This document shows positions 31,112-41,600 of a stretch of 47,455 bases of DNA, in pieces. A program made the position numbers and the translations under genes. Below the pieces are notes generated by a model. That model was not told the DNA's origin and ran no database searches. It worked only from the letters and a program-made list of their open reading frames with translations. The first letter of the stretch is position 1. Every line of letters begins with the position of its first letter. Where the stretch lies: positions 1 through 47,455 of the forward strand of contig JALAGF010000222.1 of NCBI GenBank assembly GCA_030167865.1. Direction: 5' to 3'. This stretch comes from Craspedostauros australis (Eukaryota).

Positions 31112-33904
31112 ATGTTCTCCACTTCCGCCGTTCGATCCCTTGCCCGCAGAGAAGTTGCGCGTGGCATCAAGTCCAGCGTCCGCGCCTTCGCCAGCCTCGA
31201 GGCTTACCAGGACTTTGGCAAGGCCGTCTTCACCGGAAAGGTCGCCGACGAATACCTGAAGAAGCACGGAGCCAGCGGAGCCGTCCTCAAGGATCCGAAC
31301 TGGGTCAACACCGATGCCGACGTCGTCGCCAACGCCGTCTTCGACTGGTAAGCAACCGTGTGCGCCTGAGCAGAGATGAATAGAATTGTGATGATCAGCT
31401 GGGCGAATGTTGATAGAACACTCCGATCGCATCGATGACATTGTTCTCCATCTCATTGGCCGAGACGAGTGAGATCTTTGGATGCAAATGCGGACGCGGA
31501 TACGAATGCAACTACGAGTTTGCGGTGCTTCCTGCGCATCGCGATGGCATGATAGATGCAACGCGAAGGATGCAGCGAGATTTTTGCGGACAAGATGACG
31601 ATGCAAGTGCACAAGGTCGCCCGCGCAATGGTTGGCCACCGCCGAATCCCATCACGACCAACCGCAGTGACTATTCTCTGCGACCATGGTCATTTGCATT
31701 CTCACACCAATGCCTCATTCATCATTCTCACCCATCACTCACGCAACACCGATGCACTCCAATTGCAATTGCAATCGTACCTGTGTCATTGTGCAATTGC
31801 ATCCCCGTTCCATTCCATGGTTGATCGCCTCTCTCGCTGCGACACGACTTCCCAAACGAATCCGGATACGATGCACAACGCATAATGGACAATGCATAAT
31901 GGACAATGCGCAATGGCCAACGAACACTTGAAACGTGAACGCACTGAACGCACGGCACACAATGAACGCACCGAACAATGACCCAAAACGATCCACCACA
32001 GGGCCATCGACCAGGGCGCCAACGTGTACTGCCACTGGTTCCACCCAATGGCCGCCAGCGGCGTCCGACATGGACTGAGCGGACAGGTCCAGAACATGAT
32101 GCTCAAGTTCAACTCCGACAACGAGATCGTCCAGGACTTCAAGGGAAAGACCCTCATCAAGGGTGAGACCGATGGTTCTTCCTTCCCAAATGGAGGGCTC
32201 CGCGGAACCCACCGGGCCGGAGGATACCTCGCCGTCGACACCTCCTCCCCAATCTTCTGCAGAGGAGACACCATCTTCATCCCATCCGCCCTCGTTTCGT
32301 ACTACGGAGCCGCTCTGGATGAGAAGACACCGCTCCTCCGCGCCAACGCCGCCATCGACAAGAGCGGAACCCGCCTCTTCACGCAGCTCGGAATCGACGC
32401 ATCCAGCGGAGTTCAGACCAACATCGGTCTGGAGCAGGAGATCTTCCTCATCCCACGCGAGGAGTACTACCGCCGCCCAGATCTCCAGATGGCCGGAAGA
32501 ACCGTCATCGGAAAGAACGCACCACGCGGACAGGAGATGTGCGACCATTACATGGCCCCACTCTCCAGCTCAACTGCCGCCCTTGCCTGCATGCAGGAGA
32601 TCCAGGACGAGGCATGGAGCCTCGGAATCCCACTCAAGACCCGTCACCGTGAGGTCGCTCCAAACCAGTTCGAGTTCGCCCCACTTTACGGAACCAACAC
32701 CACGCAGATCGACCAGAACGTGATGGTCATGCAGATCATCGAGGAGATCGCACCAAAGCACGGCCTCGCTGCCCTCCTCCAGGAGAAGCCATTCAACGAG
32801 GTCAACGGATCCGGAAAGCACAACAACTGGTCCATCGCCACACGCGACGGCGTCCAGGTCCTGGACCCAGAGGACTGCTTCGAGGCCTCCAACAACGATC
32901 ACGCATTCCCAGTCATCATGGCTGCCCTCGTGGCCGCCGTCGACGAGCACGGTGACCTCATGCGCATGGCCATCGCCTCCCCAGGAAATGACTTCCGTCT
33001 CGGAGCCTGCGAGGCCCCACCAGCCATCATCTCCATGTACCTCGGAGATGACATGACCAAGTACCTCGAGGACTTCATGAACGGATCCGACGCCAAGTAC
33101 GTGCCAGGCCGCAAGACTCTTGACCTTGGCACAGCCGAGGTCCTCCCATTCGAGGTCCCAGCCGAGGACAGAAACCGCACATCCCCATTCCCATACGGAG
33201 GTGCACGCTTCGAGTTCCGTGCCGTCGGATCCGCCCAGAACGTCTCCATGGTCAACACCGTCCTCAACACCATCGCCGCCGAGAAGTTCGGCGAATTCGC
33301 CGACCGCATCGATGCCGGTGAGAGCGCAGCCGACATCGCCCGCGAGGCCCTGAAGAAGCACTTCAAGGTCATCTTCAACGGCGACAACTACGACGAGGCC
33401 AACCAGCAAATGCTGACCGACAGCGGCGTGTGGCGCATCGACTCCGGTGTTGAGGCCATTGCCACCCTCACATCCGACAAGAACATCGCCCTCTTCGACA
33501 AGATGGGTGTCCTCACAGCCGATGAATGCTCTGCCCGCCAGGACGTCCTCCACGACCATTACACAGGAACCGTCGAGATGGAAGCATATGCGCTCGTCGA
33601 CATGATCAACCAACACATCGTCCCATCCGTCAAGAAGGCCAGCGTCGGTCCACTCGCTGAGCTCGAGGCTGCCGTCAAGACCATCGAGGCCGCCGTTGCC
33701 GAGATCCACGCCGCCGAAAGCTCCCTCGAGAAGGCCCGTCTCGCACGCGTCCTCCGTCTCGAGACCATGATCGACATCCGCGAAGTCTGCGATGCCGCCG
33801 AGGCCATTGTTCCGGCCAATATGTGGACGCTCGCAACCTACAAGGAGCTCCTCTTCCTGGACACCCACACTGTGACCCAGGAGAACGGATACTTCGACGA
33901 GTAA
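31112..33904 (+). CDS. glnN: Glutamine synthetase type III, 2 exons, 712 aa, mitochondrial-type presequence
   Basis: GSIII motifs YCHWFHP, GETDGSSFPNGGLRGTH, GLEQE, HREVAPNQFE, EKPF..VNGSGKHNNWS, RLGACEAPP, DRNRTSPFPY..RFEFRAVGS. Exons 31112-31347 and 32002-33904 (TG|G = Trp). Strong C-ending codon bias. Confidence 0.97.
31880..31971 (+). repeat. Short tandem repeats in the GSIII intron
   Basis: GCATAATGGACAAT x2 plus a degenerate third copy (31880-31921); TGAACGCAC at 31936, 31945 and 31963. Confidence 0.85.
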
Positions 33905-34843
33905 GTCAACATTCCGTTGCCAGAGGGTTGAAGCGCCTCTCAATCGTGGAGAGGCGAGAAAAACAAGGTAGTCAAATACACACGACACTGTCACACATCA
34001 AATGAGATACTCGTGCACTCCATGGAGATTGATCATGACTACGCAAGAATACGAACGGATGGAGTGAAAAATGAAAGCTCGACTTTACTTTAAGAAGTTA
34101 ACTTTAAGGACTCCACTACACTTCAAACACACTCTAAGAGGGTAGACAACTTTATGCAGATCCATTCCTGGTTTGATTTGTTCCAATACGACCTTTCATA
34201 CCACATTTGCGCTTGAACCCACGACATCAACTCTCTCTGGCGGGAAATGGATGGACTATCATGATCTGAGTATGCATGGCAGCGTCATCCATGAGTATGA
34301 TGCTGCGAGTAGTTGTTGTTTGGTGCACGTTGTGCCGTTGACTCCGCGTTCGGTCAAACGTCAAGGATTCGTCTCCGCATCTTTTTCGTCACGAGGGTCA
34401 ACACGCACAAACGTCAGGTCGTCAAAAGTTCGAGTCGTGCATATGCTCCGATTTTATATCGTATAAATGGCTTAAGATAGAACATTTAATTCAAATAACG
34501 AGAAAGGTTTCCCGAACTCACAGGATCGACCACCGAACAAAAAAACAGACATCGAGGTCCAGCAACTGCCACTGTAACGGTCACAGAGTCTTCTCTGCAC
34601 ATCAACGCTCCGCGCACAACAGCAGGCCGTCACAACGCAGCCATCATCGACACGGACATTCTCATTATAATCAGAACCAGCATGAACCTTGACATCAACA
34701 ATAACATCCACAGTAAAGCCAACATCAACATCAGCAATACCAACACCAACGACAACACCAGCATCACCGACAATATCAACACCACTGACAACATCACCAG
34801 GTTCAGCTGCTGAACGATCAAAGCTTGAGGAACAATCCGCACA

Positions 34844-37032
34844 ATGGCTGACTCCAGACGCAAGAGGCAGGCTGGCAACGGCAGAAGGTCCGGGCACCGA
34901 CCGCCGAGAATCGACGCATCGATGGGCATGGACGATCGCGCCCGAAGCTTCGATCAGCGATACGACCTCACCCCAGTGAGCGCACGACAGGCATCGCCGT
35001 TCCGAGCATCAAGATCCACGCCGACCTTTGCGGTCGATCCATGGGAGGCAGCAGGATCACAAGGACGACGCTCTGGCTCCTTCCGTGACCATGGCGATGA
35101 CATGTCGGTGTATTCCGGAGACGATCAGTACGATGATGATGCGGATGACGAGGACATGGGCATGGACGGGCATGACTACGACGATAACCACAACTCCGGT
35201 ATCAAATCAGGACCAACCTTTCTCGCCCCACGCGACATCCACCCGAACATGGAACAGCGCGAGGAGGATATCGTGCAGCTGCGGTTACTCGCGGGAAAGC
35301 TCAGCGCTGACTGGCGAGGCCAAGATTTCATGGCACCGGATTTGGCGCGCAGAATCCGCGACTTTCAATTCGCTCAAGAGAAGCGCCGGAAGAAGTACGG
35401 CGACGAACGCCCGTGGGGAATTCTCGGCCTGTACGACCATCTCTCATCCATCCGTGTTGACGTGGAGTGGGCGGAAGATGCCGCCTGGCGCCGCGCCAAC
35501 GGTGAACCGTAAGTTATTTACTGGTGTCCGCATCGCAGTTTCGATGTCGTCGTCGTTGTGCTAGGCTTTGTCCTGTTTTGTCCTCTCCTGTTGTTCTGTG
35601 CTGTTGCAGAAACGCACAAGCGCATGAGCGCACAAGTTTCCGCAAAAACACTCATCACGTTTCTTAACCGCACTTCTCGATCACACCACCCGTTGCAAAC
35701 TATTTCAATGCAATGTCTTCCGTGCGTCCTCACCATACGCAATCTCGATCAACGGTTGCATGCTTGTATGCTTGCAGATACCTGTCGTGGGCGGATTTCG
35801 ACGCGAGCAAGAACAAGGGTTCCAACCGACCCTTCTTCACGTACTTCTTGCTTTTCTGCTGTACGGTGGCGCTAGTAGCGTCCATCGCCATGAATGGCTG
35901 GACAGTTGAACCCATCGATGTCAACCCCATGATTGGACCTAGCAGGAACACCTTGATTCGGATGGGTGCGAAGGATTCATCGCTGATCGTCAGTGAAAAT
36001 GAGGCGTGGAGGTTGGTGTCAGCAGCTGTGCTCCACGCCGGGCTGGTGCACTACCTCATCAACATGATGGCACTTTGGTTCGTGGGCAAGGCCATTGAAT
36101 CCAGCCACGGCATTGTCGCCGCTGCGATCTTGTTTCTCATTCCTGCGATCGGAGGAACCATTTTGAGCGCAATCTTCCTTCCCGAATACATCACAGTCGG
36201 TGCCAGCGGAGGGATCTTTGGCTTGATCGGCGCCTGCCTTTCGGACATCATCATGAACTGGAAGCTGCTCTTCAACGACTTCGTCACGGAGAATGGAACC
36301 AAGCACCGTCACGCGATGGTGGTCGTCTTTCTTCTATTCGACATTGCCCTCAACAGCGTCATTGGCCTCACGCCATACGTTGACAACTTCACACGTAAGT
36401 CAAACATTTCGACCGTGGTGGTGTTGATGGCGTTGCACACCATGCGATGTGCTCCATTTTGCGTCACCATGCCATCTGAGCATCATCTCACCATTGCAAA
36501 TCTCACCTTGCGCTTCGGGCCATCATGACGACACTCCCACCTACTCACAATACATCCGTTCGATTTTGCAACCACAGATCTTGGAGGAATGGTGATCGGA
36601 TTGCTCTGCGGTCTGAGCACCATGGAACGACTCTCCGGCGACTTTTTTGGAATGGATGAGAGTTGCATCTCGCGAACCAAGCACGTCATCTTCCGATTCC
36701 TTGGCCTCATTGTCAGTATCATTGGGATCATCGTCGCTGCCATTATCTTGCTGGAGGGAGACGGCGAGAAAACCCCGTGCCCGAACTGCGCGTGGTTGTC
36801 ATGTGTGCCATTCCCACCGTGGGAGACACAGACTAACAAGTGGTGGTACTGTGACGACTGCGGGCGTGTAACGGCGGAGATCAACCAAGATCCCACCCTC
36901 CACCTGAAGCTCAACTGTCCGGATGGTTCCTCCGTTGCCATAGGGCTGGATGACAACCAATCCGTCGACCGCAACGAGCTGGAGAGAGAGCTGCCATCGT
37001 ACTGCCGAGAATACTGCCCTTTCCTCGAGTGA
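34844..37032 (+). CDS. Rhomboid-family intramembrane serine protease, 3 exons, ~578 aa
   Basis: NPMIGP, EAWRLVSAAVLHAGLVHYLINM, catalytic VGASGG, and DNFT|HLGG across intron 2. Exons 34844-35508, 35778-36394 and 36578-37032. Cys-rich C-terminal tail. Confidence 0.93.
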
Positions 37033-37333
37033 TTGCATCGTCGGAGATGGGACAACCAGCCAATCGGAGCCAATTCGACAAACTGTCCGCATTCGCACAC
37101 CAATCCTATATATATGATATGTTAAATGTACTTTTACTGGCTATCGTCGTCATCCAGCAAGATCCGCACGGTTGTTCATTCACACACTCTGCGATTGCGG
37201 ATCGAACGGCACATCAATTCAGTGTCATGTGTCCTGATCCTGTGCATTGTCTGTTCGATGGAATCCAAGCGTGCCACACTCCAAAGTACAGTCGGACATG
37301 GCGGACGACTGTAGTGGCACATCATGATTCACT

Positions 37334-38257
37334 TTACGATGCAGAATCCAGCACCAACTTGCCTTTCGGTGTTGCCGGAGGTTCATTCGCGAAGTAAGGG
37401 TGATCCAGGCACTGCGAGGCAGTGAATCTCATGTTCGGATCAAGCACAAGGATGGACCGGAGCAGGGAAAGCGCGTCGCGTGGCGCGGCTGTGAAGATTT
37501 CGTCGAATGGGATGCCTGGCGTATCATCCCAGATCAACCCCCTGCTGCACAATGGAAGCGCCTTGTGGTCTGGCCAATTGGTCTCATTGGGTGTGCCGAA
37601 CACGGTGAAGATGGTGTCGAGCTGTGATATGTCGCTGTTCTTGCCCTGCAGGAAAGGCCGTCGCAACAGCAGTTCTGCGAAGATGCAGCCGACGGACCAC
37701 ATATCCGCAGCCGCCGAGTATTCGTATGCACCCAGTAGCAGCTCGGGTGGCTTGTACCACAGCGTGACAGCTTCCGGGCTCAGCCGCTGCTTCGGTGTGC
37801 CGTACATCCGCGCCAGACCGAAATCTGCCAACTTCATCGTCCCGTCCTTCAGAAAGAGCATATTGTCAGGCTTCAAATCGCGGTGTAGTATCCAATGGTC
37901 ATGACACGCCGATATCGCGCGCAGCAGACTCCACAGATGTTGCTTGGTATCCGCCAAGGAGATGGGGATCGATTTGTTGTTCAGGATCTTTTCCAGATCC
38001 GTGTGCGCACATTCGTAGACGAGGCAGACCGCCATGTCAGGCGTCGAGAAGCAATCCACAAGCTCGATAATGTTCTCGTGCTTGAACTGGCGCAGGAGCT
38101 TGATCTCGCGAACGGCTGTGAAATTGACCCCCTCGTCCTTGTTGACGCTCTTGATCTTCTTGATGGCAACGATGCGACCCGTCGTCTTCTGTTCTGCCAT
38201 GTGGACGATACCCCATGTACCCTGTCCCAGCGCCTTCACCACTTTGTATTGATCCAT
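37334..38257 (-). CDS. CDK7: Cyclin-dependent kinase, CDK7/CDKD (CAK)-like, 307 aa, intronless
   Basis: GQGTWG, VAIKKI, GVNFTAVREIKLL (NRTALRE/NFTALRE-type cyclin helix), HRDLKPDN, DFGLAR, LLLRRPFL. ATG at 38257 (MDQYKVVK). Confidence 0.88.
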   Translation of the reverse strand: MDQYKVVKALGQGTWGIVHMAEQKTTGRIVAIKKIKSVNKDEGVNFTAVREIKLLRQFKHENIIELVDCFSTPDMAVCLVYECAHTDLEKILNNKSIPISLADTKQHLWSLLRAISACHDHWILHRDLKPDNMLFLKDGTMKLADFGLARMYGTPKQRLSPEAVTLWYKPPELLLGAYEYSAAADMWSVGCIFAELLLRRPFLQGKNSDISQLDTIFTVFGTPNETNWPDHKALPLCSRGLIWDDTPGIPFDEIFTAAPRDALSLLRSILVLDPNMRFTASQCLDHPYFANEPPATPKGKLVLDSAS

Positions 38258-38691
38258 TTTGCACGAGTCCTCGTCTTGTGATGTTCGATGTATTCTATGT
38301 CCCGCACCACGAGTGTGTACGGAGATTCGTATTATTCTACTATAGTATGATATAATACCATACAAGAGGTATGAGGACGAGCGTGAATAGTATGAGTGCG
38401 AGACATGAGTTTGGACAGGGAAGGGTGTCTGTGTTGTTGTTTGGTGTTGGTGTGTGGTGTTGTCAAGACACATCTTCGTCGATCGAAACATCGAAATACG
38501 TCCACTCACGACTGATTTCCCACGTTTGACGGATGCATTTTATGAAATAAATGTCAAGTTTATCGTAGCTTCCAAGGACAACTCAAACATCGTGGTCTTT
38601 TTCTGTGTTGTCCAAACACACTCCACACTCCACCCACGACAATGGAGCAATCTGACACGACGAGTGATCACATCCAAAACAGGATCAAGCC

Positions 38692-41600
38692 ATGCATCCC
38701 GTAACCCAAGAACATGAGGATGAAGATGTGCGCAATGAAGAGAGCATCGATGTTCCACGCGCCTCGGAACATCTCGCCGTGGGCAGAATGGTGGAGGTGG
38801 CGAGCCGCACGTGGCCAGGCATGAACAAGCCAGGCGGCGTGGCGCGTGTCCTGCATTGCCATTGCGATGGGACTGCCGATGCTGGTGCCACCCCCGCAAT
38901 TATGCCCAGCATAACTCATGTGGATGTCCGCTATATCGTAGGGAATGGAAAGGAGCTGATGGTTCCAGTGCAGTACGTAGTTCTGGCGCCGCAGTTCGAA
39001 TCCGGCGAAGTGATCGGATCCTCTCGAAGGGCGACGAGCTTACGTGATCGATCGCTGCTCCTGGGGCGATGCAAGCTCTGCGGTTCACTGCGAACCGACT
39101 GCGGATCATGTGATTGGAAGCAAGAAACCGAGATCATGATGTCATCGTCGCCTGTCCTGCAATCGACGGTAGCACAACGGCCAAAACTTCGGCGACCGAC
39201 CAGGCGCAGATCAAGACACAGAACCACAACAGATTCTTTGTTGATGCTTGCGTCGAATCAAGAGGGACCTGCTGCGAGGACGAGACAGCAGAATGACGCA
39301 ACAAGTCGCCATCATCCGTCGCCTGCGTCTCCAAGGCTGGCATCAGAATCGGATTCGGGCTCGTCAGCTCGAAGTGATCGTGATGTAGCGAAGAAGCCGC
39401 GAATTTTCATCTTCGACAGTGAAAGTGACAGCGACAGTGACGTCAGCGGCAACAGCGGTGGTGATAGCATTAGCACTGGTGCTAGCGCCCGCATCAACAT
39501 TGGCGGCAGAGGTGATGACGGTGGCAACAACGCTGACCAAGACACTGATGCCGTCGACAGTCTTCTCGCTGCTTCCCAGGCCAGCCACGAGGATCTCGAA
39601 GTACAGACGGGAGGACTCGAGATATCCCAAACGGAGAAAAGCCAAACGCAGGTGCATTCATCACCACCACAGTCACCAACCTTGGAACATCATTCGCACT
39701 CACGTTCACGATCACATTCACATTCACATTCGCGCACACGGGAAGGAGACCTTGAGGGTTTCATCCAGCCGGAAGGCGCAATCATCGCAAATATGCTGCC
39801 AACGGACGTCGAAGACCTGACGAGGTCGATCGACTATGGTGAATTACCAGACTTCTTTGAGAGGATGGCAACCGAGCTAGAGGCGTCAAAGATTCCAAAG
39901 GCAAAGTCGAAAGTGACAGGATTGCAACGCAGGGTGGAGGAGAATACAAGCACAAGGCGGCAGGCGGGAGAGAACGGCGCAGATCATTCTGCGATGGAGA
40001 AATATGATGACGATACCGACGCTGGTGTTGATGCCAACAAGAACTCTAACCATAATGAGAGTTCCACGAGGAATTGTGATGAGAATCAATCACCGGAAGG
40101 TATCATGGCAGAAATTGATCGCCTCGAAAGTTCGTTGATTCAAAGCCTGATCCGATCGGGACTGGATCAGTGCCTGGCCGCGCTGAGAAAGCTCACGAGT
40201 CGCACTCTGTACAAGAGGAACAAAGCGTACCTGACCGATAAGCAGCGCAAGCGATGCAGGTCAAGCATGTATATCGAGGCACGGGAGCTGAGAACGGATT
40301 CGCTGGAAAGATCTGTGGATGGTCTCATGTCAGATCTGAAGGATTTGAGAGTCAGACTATTTCGCCCAGTGGACACATACCTCGGAGATTTCCACAGTCG
40401 CGTAGAGGAGGAAGATGGAGGACACGGAGAAACGGAGGGAAACGGCGAGAAGCATGACGGCTTTCGAAGTAGCAACGCAGACGGCACAAGCGAACATGGA
40501 TGGTCCGTATCGTTCAACATGTCTCTCGGCACATCAGGTGACGAAGGGTTCGTGGATGATCCTCCGAATCCTACACGCGCACGTAAACGCAACAAGCCAT
40601 TCCATCGGCACATGTACGCGTCAACGAAAAGGCCAAGCGGCTATGAAACACGAAAGATGGCACAGCACGAGTATGTTGGGCGGCAACGCAGGCCGACTGC
40701 TCCAGTGCGCACAAGTAGATTGGGTCGTCAGGCTCACGGACGAACCAGACATCGACATCCTGCCGCAGATGAAGCTCACGACAACAAAATCCCGTCTTCC
40801 CAAAGACAAACTCGAAAGCGCAAGACAACCGAGTTTGATGTCACACTAGCAAGCTTGCTTTCGCCAAGACGCGCAGAGACTAACAGCGCAACCGCCAAAT
40901 TGACTGACGATCGTGAAAGGCCCATTCGATCACGAAGGATGCAAAGCAAGCATTCAGAGCAGTCCTCTGAAGTGTTGCATTCACTGATGCCATCACGTCC
41001 GTTGCGATCGATAGCTTCCAATTCTAAGAAAGGAGATGCGTCTGGAGACTGGCTCATTCGGCCTGGGCGCATCCAACGCTCTGCAACAGAAAGAATGGAA
41101 GAGTTCCTGCGAGCGAACGGCCTTGGCGAAGAGCATCCGGAACACAACCCACCACGGAGCACGCATCATCGTCATCGTCATCGCCATCGATCTCATGGAC
41201 ACTCCAGTCGTGATGTGTCGCACCATCACCACCACCAACGACAACGACGACGGAAGCAACGGCTGCGTAGCCATCGGCCATCAAGAATTCATGATCCATC
41301 CCCACCAATCGGGCATGCTGCGGACAGCGATTCTGCAGATGGCATGCCCCAACCGATACTCACAGCTGAGGATGCATTCATTATCGCAATGGACGAAGGA
41401 TCCCCGGTCGGGGTCAACCAACAAGGTGATGAGGATCAAGGTCAGGGCCCAGCTTCGCGAACACTCGGAGCCCTGCCAGTGATCTGCAACGAGCTGCGCA
41501 GCACCTTTGGAAGCAACCGCCGGACTCACTCGTTGCTCAAGGAAATCTCTTCTCGGCGGAACCGATATCCCGCCGAGAAACAAGCATGCGTTGCTGAAGC

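Noticed and set aside
32570-33994. 474-aa antisense ORF over GSIII (also 31739-32548)
   Set aside because: Shadow frame caused by the strong codon bias of GSIII; no recognisable motifs.
38258-38509. 84-aa N-terminal extension of the CDK ORF in the ORF track
   Set aside because: Begins at a non-ATG codon and reads like promoter/UTR sequence; the kinase domain starts right after ATG 38257.
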